Below are positions 1 through 14,089 of a stretch of 64,000 bases of DNA, one piece after another. Origin of the DNA: Syncephalis fuscata S228 (Eukaryota; Fungi; Zoopagomycota); NCBI GenBank assembly GCA_025786725.1, contig JAHLTZ010000003.1, forward strand, positions 496,001-560,000, written 5' to 3'. Position 1 is the stretch's first letter, and every line of letters begins with the position of its first letter. Made by a program: the position numbers and the translations under genes. The notes under the pieces were generated by a model. That model saw only the letters and a list, made by a program, of their open reading frames with translations, did no database searches and was not told the DNA's origin.

Positions 1-1587
1 TCGTCCATGTCCGGTACAGCTAGCCTATATGGGATTTGCCGGTACACTGGCTGCTGGGTGGTGCGACTACTTTATCGTTGATCCAATTGTATGTCCACCC
101 GAAACAGTAGCCTGGGAGAGATGGCGTGCTCGCTTATCCAACGGTCTACCTATTGAACAGCTACACGATAACGGTGACTGTGGACAAGATATTGATCCCG
201 AAGACGAAACAGAACCCGACTGGGTCTACAGTGAACGTCTTATCTATATGCCGCACTCCTACTTTGTTAACGATCATCGACAAGGTTTCCGCGAAGAAGA
301 TGAAGACGTTAATGCCGATGCTGAAACGAAATGGTCACACGAAGAAGACCGTCGTTGGCGTATGCGTCGACAAGTATTCCCTGGTCTACGTGACGATGTT
401 GTTGTTTTCGCCAACTTTAATCAGCTTTACAAGATAGATCCATGTATATTCCGAGCCTGGCTACGTATTCTAGCCAGTGTGCCTAATTCAATTTTATGGC
501 TACTCCGATTCCCTGTAGCTGGTGAACAGCACATTCTAAATACGGCCGAAGAATGGGCTGGTAAAGAAATAGCTTCTCGCATTGTATTTACAGGTAAATA
601 GATGTAACCTGCTATTAACCTGCCTATTAACCATAATATTATTATTTAGATGTTGCGGCAAAACAAATCCATATCCATCGTGGCCGAGTAGCTGATTTGT
701 TCCTTGATACACCAGAATGTAATGGACATACAACATCTACGGATATTCTATGGTCTGGTACACCAGTGTTAACATTACCACGACACTATCATAAAATGTG
801 TTCACGAGTAGCGGCTAGCATTGCCTTTGCTACTGGATACGGCGATGATATGGTGGTAGATACTGAAGAAGCCTATATTGCACGGGCTATTGAATATGCA
901 CGCACACTTTATTGGGATTATAGCTCTGATCCAATGCCGCCATCATCATTTGCCTCTACGGTCATAGCAGCCAACAATAGCAATAGTAACACCAGTCTTA
1001 TTGCTAATATGCCATCTTCCAATGCCCGTCTACCGCCTACACTACTCGATCAAGGCCATTCACCATTACCAAGAGCTGGTCTACATCGACGTGGCCATGG
1101 ACCATTAATGGAACTACGTAAAAAGCTATTCCTTACCCGTGATGTTTCACCATTATTCGATACTGGTCGTTGGGTACGCAATTTAGAAAAAGGTTACTGG
1201 GAAGCATGGCGACGATGGGCATCGGGTGATGAATTTACCATCGATGATAATTTTGATAAGAACGAGAATAACGATAGTTCAATAACTATAGAACAATTGA
1301 TGACTAAAACTGGCTGTATCCTTATTATGGACGACACCGATGGTGCAGCCTCAAGTCATTCTAATTATGCTACAAGTCAACCACGAATAGATAGCAACAG
1401 TAATACGATGATGACAACAACAACATCGACTACACCAGCTACTTCTAATTCAATATTGAATCAAGATATCCACCATTCTCATGATAGTCATAGTCATTTT
1501 ATAATGAACCACATTATCATCATGCAAATCATAGTCAATCTACTAGCAATAATAGTAATAGTCATCATAATGAAGTGGATAATATAA
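1..1587 (+). CDS. OGT: O-GlcNAc transferase (GT41), C-terminal catalytic part; 5' end outside the window
   Basis: Motifs FANFNQLYKIDP, ILWLLRFP, (intron ~594-649) DLFLDTPECNGHTT, SRVAAS and SPLFDT. The low-complexity tail may continue to ~1700 across a frameshift. Confidence 0.9.
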
Positions 1588-1959
1588 TGACGATAACAAA
1601 TATGGCTACTTTACCATGTTCTGACACTTCATTATCACAAAAAAGACGCTCAATTCATACGACATCACCCAGACCATCAGCTGCAGCGGCACTTAGTTAA
1701 CTAATCAGTAGATTCTACTTTTGTATTATATACTCTATCCATAATCATTATTATTATTATTATTATTATTCTATTGTTTGTAAAGTGGTTTAATAATATG
1801 AATACTCTTTCTCTTCTTTCTTTTCGCTTTATATAGCATTCTAACTAGCATTTAAAACCTTTATCAATGACTTAAATAAATCCCACTCATCTTTTATTAA
1901 CAACTACTATTTAATAATACTTTTTATTTATATTCTACATACACACATCTATTAGATAT

Positions 1960-4613
1960 TTAATCAAACTCTGCAGGCCATAATCGATCAAATACACTTC
2001 TACTATGGCCATTACTTCTTGGACCCGTGGTGGTTATTGTACTATTATTACCACGTTCATAGGTGGCCATATCAAATGACGAGGATGTCGATAAGAATAG
2101 ATCGTCACTTAACGGGGAACAATGATTCGAGTTGGTTGTACCATGTGAGAAACTAAGAATATCGTCACGATAAGATAGAAAACGAGCATGTCGATAAAGA
2201 GCATGCCATAATGTAAGTAATAAACGATAATTAGGATCAGCGGTTGTACCACGAGTTGGTCTACACCCACAATGTAATACAATGAGTTAGTTATTAGTTA
2301 ACAATCAATAGTAATACCAATGATAGATAGTTACCTTTCTACAAAAGCAATTGGATCCTCTAGACCATCAAGTAATACTTCACGATAGGATCCACTGGCT
2401 GTACGTCGAAGTGGTCGTGTTTTATAATGTTGTCCTGTTGTTGTTGTTGTTGTTGTTGTTTCTGTTGTTGTGTGGTGTGTGGTGTCAATACATACTTTAC
2501 TACTCGTACCTGTATGTTCATCATCCCACATACTCATCGCTTCTTCTTGTCGTTGTGCAGACCACACAGCATCGTTAGATGGTGTAGATGACCGACTATC
2601 TCTATTATTCGATGATCGATGTGTATAATAGATATCTGTAGTATCATCTATATTATGCCATGGTCTTTCTTTAATTGAACTGTATTGTTGTCGCTCTTTT
2701 TCTTCTTTTCTTCTCTTCTTCTTCTGTCAGAGTAGGTGTAAATGAGATACGCATTGGATCTTTGATATAACCAGGTGCAGTGGCCCGTTTCCGAACAGCA
2801 AATGAATGAAATAGTGTCTTGGATCGCATAGGTCGACCCATATCATATCGTATAGAAGATCGCCATCTTTATTGGTGTTGTTACTACGACTATTAGTATG
2901 GGTACTATCTTCATCGTCATAATAGTCATCCGTACTATTATTAATAAGTAGACCCGATGGATCTTCTGTTAAATGATGTCGTTGTTCAAATCGATAAGCG
3001 GCCATTGCATCGGGTGAATTGGAAAAATAGTTACTAGGATGCCACTATCATTTATTATTTAATATAAAGATTAAGATTAAGATTAATATGTTAATGGTTA
3101 AATACTAAACACTTACATTAACCGCATCAGAAAATACCAAGGCAGATTTGACTGATAAATCACCAATAGCATTCATAGATGCATGTACTAATGATTTAAT
3201 AGAAAATAAAGAATTACGTTTTTTGTTATGAATACTATGGTGGTGGTGGTTATGATGGTGTTGTAGTTGTGGTGGTGGTGGTAATTGATGGTGTTGAATA
3301 GTAGTGACTGGAAGGGATTCAGTTGATAATGGATCAATATTTGATTGAATAGGTGTAGTATGGATGGACATGTTATTCGTTACAGTAACTGTATTGGTAG
3401 GTGTTGTTGTTGTTGTTGGTGGTGGTGGTGATAAAGTATCAATATACACTAATTGACTATCTTCTTGGTGTACATTAATCGGTGAAGATGGATTAGATAC
3501 ATATGTAATATCTGTATCAATTAATGGTGTAGTAGCCATTGAATCAGTAATAGGCGATGCATTAGTAACAGGCACACCTGGGGCAATAGGTGTAGATGCC
3601 AATTCACTACGTAATGCTCTTAATTCTTCAGGTCGACCCAATACACGTGATACACTACCGTGAGAGGAACGGACTCGAGAACGGCCTATACTTTTAACAG
3701 CCCCATTACCATTTACCATGTCATGTTGACCATTCTCTTCTGTACAATAACTAGCACTGGATGAACGACGTAGTAGTAATTCCCAGGCCTGTTTTTGTTT
3801 TTGTTGTGTGATATGACTGGGTGGCAATGCTTCAATTGATGACGTAGATGGTGGCGATATAATAGCCGGTAACTTTTTAGTTGACTCTAGTTCTGGCGAT
3901 GATAGCATTTCAAAGTCTGAACTATCTGGACTAATCATTACCGGTGAGGTAATACCGTCACCAACATGGTTATCCTGTGTATTATTATTGGCGGTTATAT
4001 CAATGGGTGTATGAACAAGGTCATTGGTCGTATTTGTGACTGTTTCTACACTAGTAGATTTGGTGGTTGAAGCTAATTTGATACTAGGTGTTGTCAATGA
4101 AGTAGTGGCACTAATAATGGCTGCTGCACTAGCTTTAATAGAAGACCGATGATTTGATTGTGTACCACGTTGTTGTAATGATAAACTAAGTGGTGCAGGA
4201 ATACCGCCTACAGTGCCCGTACTGATACTTTGACCAGCATGGACTGGTGTTGATAATTGTCGACGTTGAGCAATAGTAGGCGGTGTTGTCACCAAGCCAT
4301 TATGTCCTTTTCGTTTTGTATAGCCTTTTCCATATCTGGTGGTTTCTTCGGTTGTTCTGCCCGATGCCGTGAGCAGTGGCGTTGAAGATAACGACGCTGA
4401 CGACGACGACAACGACGACGACGACAGCGGTAAACGATGAGGGCCGCCAGTCATCGTCGGTGTGGTCACCGTTGTCGTTGGCAACTCTACCCAGTCATCT
4501 TCACCACCTAGTGACGATAATGAATCAGAGGAAGAAGTAGAGGTAGAAGGAATGGCGTTGGCGGTAGAGATGTTAAGACGACCATGAGATGACGTCTTTT
4601 GTTTTTGAGACAT
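1960..4613 (-). CDS. Hypothetical Ser/Thr/His-rich, largely disordered protein (multi-exon)
   Basis: 502-aa ORF ending at a GTAAGT donor (~3115), further open segments at 2331-3045 and a last exon ending ...RLWPAEFD* at 1960. No recognisable domain. Confidence 0.5.
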
Positions 4614-5852
4614 TGCTAGTCAGGGTGACGAGCACTAGTTGAGCGGTAGAAGCAATGAGTTGAGTGTAGAGGAAAAGAGGCAGTGGTTCGAATAAAGTCG
4701 CAGTCACACAGAAATAGTCAAATGTGTAGATGTAAGTAAATGATGAGTTGAAATAAGAAAGAAAATAAACTAGAAGGTTGCTAATATAGAGGATATAGAA
4801 GCGAATAGACAAGGCAAAGAAGAGTGTTAAGGGGCAGTAACCAGATATTCAATGTCTCGGTGTTGATGTAGTAAAATTCTCAGAACTGAAGCAAGTATAA
4901 TAAGCGTGTGTGAATGGATGCATACACACGTCTTGTTAATTGGTCGATAGGAATAGATATCGAATAAAAGTAAGGCGATTAAATCAAGACAGCTAGAGGA
5001 GAGAGAGAGAGAGAGAGAAAGAAGCAAGTAACGGAATAGAAAGTGGAAACTATTTGAATTGTTGTCTAGTATTGCGCGATAGAAAATGTAATCTAAGATT
5101 GGCAATTAATGCAACATATGACCACACGGAGTCAAAATAAAAAGTGACTATTTCGACCAATAATATGTCCATATTTAATAGACTACTAATGATTATAGTG
5201 GCGATGAAGATGATGATAGAAAATTAATAAATTAATCATTTATATTGGGAACAGATCATTAAGTTGTATTATTATTATTTATTATAAATATTGGCATTAG
5301 GTGAGAGCGCGTGATCATTGATTACTAAACGTCATTCTTTATCGTTATCACGTCAGATTCTATGGTCTATAGTTATTAACGTCTACTTCAAGCGTGTTAA
5401 TTGATACAATGATTGTGTTGGGATTCTACTTTTGGTATACTGCTCATAAATCTATTATCGCTAATACATCTGATATGTTATCGGATGATTTCGGATCTAT
5501 AGCCATTTATTCATTGGCATATGGCATGCTAAATATGGCCTGAAATGTAAAAGATTGACCGTGTGGTGATAGTGCCATGGAGGTCATTTCAATGAGCTTA
5601 TTATATAATTAGAATGTACTACTTTTATTGTAACATAAATTATTAAACGGATATTTTGTAATACATGGCTATTCTATCCATAATGAAAAGTAGTAAATTC
5701 GTTAGAAACCATTAATATATTAATGATTAAATAGCTCAATAGTAATGGTATATTATTATATGATTTATTACACTTTATTGATTAGTTTATATCAATTATA
5801 AATTGGTTTCCATGAAAAATTGGAAAAAGATGGTTTATTAAGTAAAATTAAA

Positions 5853-7024
5853 TTATAGTTCATTACCAATGGTGATCCAATAATCACGTAGATTATTTTT
5901 ACGTCCGAATATTTCTAAATATTTACCTATTTATTTAAATGATGATAATGACGGGTAAATATACATGTAGATAAACTATTCTATACTCATCTACTTACCA
6001 TTGGGTACCATATGTTCTATCATTTCATATAATTCTTCGGGTTTTTGACTCTGTCCTCGTCTTTCGCTATAAATGACATCAGAACAGCTAGATGGTCGAT
6101 AGCCGGGTGGATCTTTGCCCTATAAATACTACTGTTAAATGAAAACTATTACACCATACTTATTACCGACCTTTTTGCCAATAAGACATGTTTCCTTGGC
6201 ATGTTGCAGATAATAGCCATGTCCCTTGGCCATACGGCGATTTACTGTCTGTTTTACCCAGGCAATTTCATCAACAAATCTACGTAATAACGTTAAATAC
6301 TAAATTACTATTTATACCAACAATTACTTACTCATATCCCCATCGTTCCATCAACTCGAATGCGCGTACATATTTTGCATTAATAACCCAAATAAAATAA
6401 GTCCATCGCTTTGTAACTTTTCAATAGGTAGACTCTCAATACAAATATCCGGCAATTGCTGATAGGCAATAGCCACCTAAATAAACTAGTTAGTAGGGTT
6501 ATTCTTAATATCATTGTGCTATAGCTTACTCCGCGAGTGGGTGCATGAGTAGCGAGTTGCCACGGTGGATCCATCAATATAACATCAAATTGAGTAGATG
6601 CCGCAAGTCGCTAATTAACGTTACTATCATACTAGTTTGGATACCAAAGTGTATGGATGACTTACTGGCCATTCAAATGTCATAACATTGGCTTTTATAG
6701 GCACGCACCATTCAGGAGCACGGAATTCTTCCAAATCTGCCTCTATTAAATGATGCATTAGACTATTGTTTATATTGTTTTATGCTGTCATTGTACTATA
6801 CCAGTAAAGGTTGGCTCATTTGTTGTTCTACTAGCGTCACCGGTATTGTTACCGTTAGAGCCACTTTGCTGAGCTGCTTGAGCCGTGTCTCCGGCTATAT
6901 TCAGCTCTAATCGCGCAATATCTTTTTGTAGCGCGTCAATCTTGAGCCTAAGCTCAGTCTCACGTTCAGTTAGCGCTTGGAGCCGACATTCGTCCGCGTC
7001 GAGTGTGTCGGGAGAAGCGAGCAT
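5853..7024 (-). CDS. MTA1: MT-A70 family adenine methyltransferase, MTA1/AMT1 type (DNA 6mA)
   Basis: Hand-spliced exons give FDVILMDPPWQLATHAPTRG-VAIAYQQL...INAKY...WGYE-YVDEIAWVKQTVNRRMAKGHGYYLQHAKETCLIGKK...RGQSQKPEELY...KYLEIFGRKNN...WITIGNEL*. One 1-nt frameshift near 6395. Confidence 0.85.
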
Positions 7025-7871
7025 AATGATGGAAATGAATCTGGAAAGAAAACGCGTAAATATTTTTATTTTATTTTATTCTTAATTCATGTAATAAAAT
7101 AATTGCCGCGTCGAGTTACAATCACATCGTAATTATTCTGATTAATGAGTATTTGATGACTGATACCACTCGCTACCCAGTTCTATGTTTAATTGTATGA
7201 ATACTATTGTGTAAAGTTGTTTAGCATCAAAGCATATTAAATGGCTAGTAAAGTTAATATAAAATAAATTGTATGATAATGTTACATAGTATATGGCACA
7301 CATTTATTAATGTAACAAAACTAAAATAAATAAACACAACAATTAACCAAGTGAGCTATTATTGCTAATATTAAAATGGACGGTGTGTTGCAATCTTATA
7401 GAATGTAAATAACCTTAAAGTTAATGCTTGATTGCATCGAGTGGATTGAAAAGTAAAGATACTGGAAATGAAACTGGAAATGAAATGCGCGCTTATTTGT
7501 CCTTTCTTTTCTTCTAACTTTTAACCATTTCAAAGTGTAACAAATGGTTCTTTACACAATTAATTATTACTTTTTTTAGTATTATCACTGATCATTGGCG
7601 TATCTATTTTTATCTTTTATTTTATTTTTTACACTCAATAGTTCCAACTAAGATAGTCGGATCTATAGAATATAAAAGCACACACAGCTGCAAATTAATA
7701 AAAATGTTCATTTTCAATATTCATACTTTAACATAACTTTTATTGTATTATTTTTAAAGTTCCCGTAATAATTTCACTATATTTCTCAACTGCGTATAGT
7801 AGCTTTTATAGTCTACTTGTCATTGGAAATACGTAAAACAGAATACAAACTAGGATTTGATAAAGCTAAAA

Positions 7872-9695
7872 ATGTATAAACGAGAGACGCAAGCTGAACA
7901 CGCTCAAAAGCCTTTGGCAAGTAAACACGTTTCTCGCCGCACTAAAAGTGTATTATCATCGTTGTCGCCGACTTTTACTTTTGAAGACAAACCAAAGTAT
8001 CTTCATTTAAGCTTTATATGCTTTAACTTTTCTGAAGTAGAATCCGATGAAAACACAATAATCGAAGCTTTAAACCAAAGATATGGAAATGAAACACATT
8101 CAATTAGAAACAGTAAAAAGCCAGGAATCTACGAACTTGAAATAAAGGAAACAGTAGATTTAAATAAAATGTCATTAGACGATTTCATATATAAAGGACA
8201 CCAAATACCGAGGATTTTAGCAACACGTCCCAATGAAAATATTTTTTTAGTAATGCTGAAAAACACACCAGCAATGGAGGAAAGAAAGCTGGCATCAGTA
8301 TTGGAGTTTCAGCTTTTAAAATTTGGCCATTTAATAGATTTGCGTTTGGCATACGACAAAGAAATAGATTGCTTAGATGGTGACGCATACGCTTTCTACG
8401 ATTTGGAAAAATCACCCAACATCAAGGAGAAATTACCGCAAACACTGGAGTTGTCTGAAGCAAAAGATACTGAAACAAGTCTTTTTTGGGACAAATTACC
8501 AACCATCGCTTCACTTGATCTTTACAACGAAATGGACACTATGCTGAATGACACTAAGAGAGTACGCCAAGCGCTTGAAACTTGGTGGGCTTCAACCGCG
8601 TCTAAACGGCTTATGGATGCAAGGACAGAGGAGCAGTTTGAGAAGCAACATTTACAACACGCAATATCTATTCCGTATAATCAGCTGAACATGCGCTGGT
8701 TTGAACTACCAAGCCGACAAGCATCGTTTGCTTTATTATTACCAATGCAGGAAAAGGACTTGGACGAGCGTGAAAGTGTATTGGGACAGTTGCGTGTACG
8801 TGGTTGGGATCCCCTGGTTATTTTATGGGACGAGCCAAGTCTTTGGCAAATAGCCACAGCTATGGGGCTGCTAGCCAAGCCTGCCGGTACTGAGCCCATT
8901 CGTTTTTTGTTTTCGCCTAGCCCGTTTCTTGAAGAACAAATACCAGGCATTGAGATGCTACTAATAGAATCAGCAATGCTTAGATTGGCAGAAAGTGGCA
9001 GTAATAATGACACGTGCACTCCAACACAATTTAAGTTTCGATTATGCGATGTTGGATGCGGCAGCGGGCGAGATGTAGCCTGGATGCTTGCTCGATCTCG
9101 TGATAATTACACTTATATTGGTGATGCAGCAAATGTGCATGCTCCCTTATTTACTCAATTTCATATGCAGAAATATAATTTTTGTTGGAGCGCATGTGCT
9201 ATCGATGCTTGGCAAGGTGCAGTTACGCGTACATGTCAGCTATTGATGTCACGCCAATTTACAACAACACGAGCTCAGGTAGTACGAGCACAATTTCAAC
9301 CCGATGGTTGCATTCGTTATTACAACGCGCCATCTACCAACCAAGATACTAGCAACACTGCTGCTTTAGAATATCGAATAATAGATCAACACGTGGCGCA
9401 AAAAGTAGTGGAAAATACAACTTACGATTTGGTTGTAGCAGTGCGCTTTTTGGAGCGAGCTGCATTTTCTCATTTAAATAATTGCGTGGCCCCGGGTGGC
9501 TTTTTACTTTACAGTACATTTGTCGATGGCATTAGTGAGTATGAACAACCGGCCGGCCAAGCCCATCGATTAACAATAGGTGAGTTGGCCGGTTATTTCA
9601 ACGTATCACGAGGCTATACAATTCTCGAGGATCGTATAGACTGGACAGAAGATGGGAGACCATTAAACTCGTTTTTAGCACGTCAATTGAGCTAA
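7872..9695 (+). CDS. Rhodanese-like plus class I SAM methyltransferase protein with a retroelement ORF1-like N-terminal extension
   Basis: Single long ORF. Rhodanese-like DARTEEQFEKQHLQHAISIP; methyltransferase motif I DVGCGSGRD; YDLVVAVRFLER; PGGFLLY. Confidence 0.7.
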   Translation: MYKRETQAEHAQKPLASKHVSRRTKSVLSSLSPTFTFEDKPKYLHLSFICFNFSEVESDENTIIEALNQRYGNETHSIRNSKKPGIYELEIKETVDLNKMSLDDFIYKGHQIPRILATRPNENIFLVMLKNTPAMEERKLASVLEFQLLKFGHLIDLRLAYDKEIDCLDGDAYAFYDLEKSPNIKEKLPQTLELSEAKDTETSLFWDKLPTIASLDLYNEMDTMLNDTKRVRQALETWWASTASKRLMDARTEEQFEKQHLQHAISIPYNQLNMRWFELPSRQASFALLLPMQEKDLDERESVLGQLRVRGWDPLVILWDEPSLWQIATAMGLLAKPAGTEPIRFLFSPSPFLEEQIPGIEMLLIESAMLRLAESGSNNDTCTPTQFKFRLCDVGCGSGRDVAWMLARSRDNYTYIGDAANVHAPLFTQFHMQKYNFCWSACAIDAWQGAVTRTCQLLMSRQFTTTRAQVVRAQFQPDGCIRYYNAPSTNQDTSNTAALEYRIIDQHVAQKVVENTTYDLVVAVRFLERAAFSHLNNCVAPGGFLLYSTFVDGISEYEQPAGQAHRLTIGELAGYFNVSRGYTILEDRIDWTEDGRPLNSFLARQLS

Positions 9696-10066
9696 TCCTC
9701 ATTTATTTATTTATTAAATTCATTGTTACTATTATTAGTATTGGTGTTATTATTATTATAAAAATAGAACTACCGAGTAAGGGGTAATATTTAGTAAACA
9801 ATTATAAAATACAGAATCATTTTGAGAATAAATACCAACAAATTTATAATAATGACTATGTTAAATTACATTTAATTTATTATTTCAACATAAATTTCGT
9901 TAGTGTGGCATTGTTTTCTTGTTTTTATTGTAATATTAAATTACATCAGGTAATGACTTTAACTAAATCATACCATAATAGCTTAATAATGCTTACACAA
10001 ACATAATTAACCACTAGACATCAGTGAATTTTTACACTAAGGAATTGCTATAAAATATAATTAAAA

Positions 10067-11823
10067 ATGGCCAATGCTATGCATAAATTCCAAGATATGG
10101 TGACGAGGATAGCAGCCCTGGATAATAAATTTGAAGAACTGGTGCAACTAGACAAAGAGGCAGCAATTATTGAAGCAAAACACAAGCAAACAGATAAATT
10201 AGATCAACTAATGAAAAACATCAAAGATAGTGGGACAAGACTTGAAAAGCATCTAGAAGAAAATGATATACATATTAAAAATGCACATAAAAGAATAACG
10301 CAGATAATGGAGAAGATTGCTGATATTGGTAATGGAAAGATACAAGTAAGAACAAAAGTAAAGAAAAGACTGCTAAAACCTAAAATTAATTGTAAAAATC
10401 TAATGAAACTATTAAGGAAGCGAATAGTGAGGATGAAGCAGAAGAAATAGAAGTAAAAGCTAAACAAATATTGGCCGATTTAAAGATGACAAGGAGGAGA
10501 CAATAATGGTACACCCAAAAACCTGAGACTGAAGCTAAAGAGAAAAAAGCCATGCAACTAAAGGCTATAGTAAAGATAAATGACGACGAGAAAATATTGA
10601 AGACGTTTCTACAATATGTGATAACAAATATTGATGAAAAAATGAATAAGAAAAAGGCAATCATACAAGTTAATATGGCAAAGATTGAAGAGGAACAAGA
10701 AGATATAAAGATGCGTATACAAATTAAGATGGTAGAGACTGAAGAGGAGAGGGAAAAAGAAAAGATGCGTAAGCAGGATATGCTAATAGAGCTTGAGGAG
10801 AGAAATGAAGAAAGAAAAATACAAATACACAATCTAATAGCAAGCCTTGAAGATGACTATGAAGAAAATAAGATGGATATACAACGTATGATGGCAATGG
10901 TTCACGAAGGAAATAAGAATGCAAAAATGTATCTGCACATTAAAATGGCAGAACTTGAAGAAAAAATCGAAGAAAAAAGAATGCAGCTACAGATTATGAT
11001 GGTAGAAGTCGAAGAGAATGCGGAACAGATACAGATGCAACGACAGATTATGATGATACAGGCTGAATCGGACATGGAAGAAAGAAAGATACGACTGCAG
11101 AGTATGATTCTAGAGGCTGAAGAAGCGATAGAAGAAAAAAAATTGCCATTACAAATCAAAATGATGAAGCTTGAAGAAAAAACGGAAAGAAGGAAGAAAC
11201 AGATACAAGATGTTGTAAAAGAAGTTGAAAAAAAAGCGAGAGACATAAGGATACGACTAAAGAAGAATATTGTGCAGGATAAAGTTGAAGATAAAAAAAC
11301 AATAGAACTACAGAAGGCGAGGAATAAAGATAAAGGCAACGAAATGATGCAACTAAAGAATAGACTAACAGAGCTTGAGAATGGACTGAAAAGTGCTCGA
11401 GATCAAGTAAAAGCCAGTAAAAAAGCTGCTTTGTTTAAAACACTAGCAAGTAATATTCAATCTGCTAATGCTTGTCATACGTGCTTTTGCTCGAATGCAT
11501 CAAATCAACTACATCCAAAAGAAGCTAAAACCAATTGCGATAGCAATCAACACCTATTAAATTATATGGAAAGAAGAAACAAAACAGTCCAACATGACAG
11601 GCATTCTAACTTAAACGAGCTTAAAGAACATATGACATATATGAAAAAACTTTTACAAAAACTTAATGTGGATATTTCAACAAGCAACAGCTACAATAGT
11701 CAATATCGAGAATATGTTAGAAATTTTCTTGATAATATTGATGCAGAAACAAAAGGCCCCTTTATAGGACAGTTTACTACGATGGAATCAACCAAATCGC
11801 TGCTAAAAGCAAAGTTAATATAA
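10067..11823 (+). CDS. Coiled-coil E/K/M/Q-rich repetitive protein, interrupted near 10380-10550
   Basis: Two consecutive ORFs (127 and 423 aa) of the same composition, with internal repeats such as MQLQIMMVEVEE and MQRQIMMIQAES. Confidence 0.55.
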
Positions 11824-11959
11824 GCTACAAAATGTTAATAATTTTATTGCAATAATAGAGCAAGCGCTTGAAGTTGGACAACATTGAATAATTTAATAAA
11901 ATCACGCATTGTAAAAACATTGCAATAGATAGTATAATTATCTTAATGTTATTTATTTA

Positions 11960-13880
11960 TTATATTATTAAATAATTTTGACTGACATTTTACATTTTCC
12001 AATAAACGTGTTGTGTAGCAAGCAGCATGCGAAGGTGCTTCTCCTTGAGCCATTTGCCAAATGGACGGATATTTCATACTATTTGATTTTTTAGTTAATA
12101 GATTATTTATAGTAGTGGCAGTAGTAGTAGTAGTAGTAGTATAGTAGTAGTAGTAGTAGTAGTGGCGAATTGTGTTTTCGATATATGTTGCAGTGCACCC
12201 TCGTTTAGTAAATAGCTAGCTCGGCAGTGTATTAAATCAAGTGCCTCTTCAACACACAGAATATCTGAGGCCAATCGTTTAAAAGATCGCTGACGCTGTT
12301 TCTTCGCGCGATTCACCTTAGTGGTTGTGGCCATCGAGGCGCTAAGTGCCAGTGCTGTTTGTAATTCATATCGTGTAACAATTCTTTTTTGGTGATTTGT
12401 GCTGTGTTGTTGTTGATGTAAACACTTGCTTGGGGAATAGTCTCCCGATGCGTATGTAGCATAGGTGCAAAATCATTATCATCTGTTGTTATCATAAAAT
12501 TAAATAGATTTGCGCGCTTCGTCGTGCGGACTATCGTCTTGTTAGAGTGCGGTTTTTTGACATCGTTGATGTTAATAACGACTGAATTTTGGCGCTGTTT
12601 ATACTACCATTAGCTATAGTATTAATAGTACTAGTTGTAGCAACACCTGCTGTACTTGGTGCACACACAAGTTTTCAAGTAATTTATCCAAAGAAATACG
12701 GCATTGTTGTGCACATAGTCGTAAATGGTTCATACGACCCGCTGCTGTATGTCTATTTAACGGCCATGCAGCACGACAGCACGGCAACAGGTAAGAGTAA
12801 GTAATTGTGTCAAATGACCTGTATCATTGGTAAATGTTGTTAGTGTTTCCAATTGTGCATTGCTATCTGTTACAGCCAATGTTGGCTTTTCAAATAAATT
12901 AATGGCACATTGATCAGCATGTAATTCACGTTCAGGCAAGCTTAGGTCTGTAAAGTCGATATCACAAATAGGACAGGCACAAATATCATCGGTTTGCTGT
13001 ATAACTGCACCATTAACGGCCCAATCTGAATTCAATGGTGATTTATACAACATGTTATCTGGTGTATCTGCCAATGCAACTGTTGAATTGTTATCATTAA
13101 CATCATTGTTGTTCACTAAATTATCCGTGCAAATTGTATCTTTGATTGGTTGTCTATTTGAATCTTTTAACATTGAATCCGTTAAATGGACTGTTGGCTG
13201 CAAATGATCAATATCCTCATCATTGATCGCGTGCATTGCTATTGACTTAAAATCTAAACAATCGCCATCTGTTATTGCAGTAGTATTATCAATAATATGA
13301 CTAGTTTTAATAACATCTTTTGTTACTGCTTTCACTGGTTCTATTGTTGCTGTAACGTGTTGTTCCGTCGATTGGTTATTAGTTGACGTTTCTTTTTTAC
13401 TTCTCTTTATAGTTGTTTCTAGTGTCAATTGTATCGATACGAGTCAGTAGTTTGTAGATAATTTGCCTGTGCCTGTACCTTGTATACAGTTTGTTCTTTT
13501 TCGTTTTGGACAAAACAAACGACTTTTTTGATTTGTATAATATAATGAACAAGCAGGTTGACTCTATTTTATAAATGTTGGTCATAATGGACGCGTAGTA
13601 CTTGCTATATAACTTACACGTTTTGTCAGGTTAGCTTTAGGCTTTGTCGCCTGCACACCAGTGGGCTGAAATATATCGTCGTCATCTTCAAGATTGTTGA
13701 GTTCTTTTAATTCAGTCGTAGTAAGATTGTACATTATGAATGAACAAGTTGGCGGTTTTAGTGGATCTGTTTTATGAATTTTTCTTTTTCATTTCGCTTG
13801 TATTTACCGCATCTTGATATTTACTTGTTTCCAAGCAGCCATATACTTTGTTTACTATTGAAGGTATTAGTGCGGCATAT
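11960..13880 (-). CDS. UBZ-type zinc-finger protein, possibly SLX4/SNM1-like N-terminal region; frameshifted, boundaries approximate
   Basis: CPICDIDFTDLSLPERELHADQC; a second finger in another frame (PCCRAAW...RMNHLRLCAQQC); C-terminal SIWQMA...YTTRLL. Confidence 0.45.
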
Positions 13881-14089
13881 TACGTGTTCAATAGAGCTTG
13901 AACATTCAACGATCAAGAGGATAGCGACGATTGCTGTAACGATACGGGTAAGCATAGTAGGGATTCAAAGTATCATATAAATACGCTTGGACGCGGTAGC
14001 AAGTTATTACGTTTTAACTAGTGAACTTTTATTTTTATTCTATATACTAATTGAATGGTATTATAGGCGTATATATATATATCGAGAAA

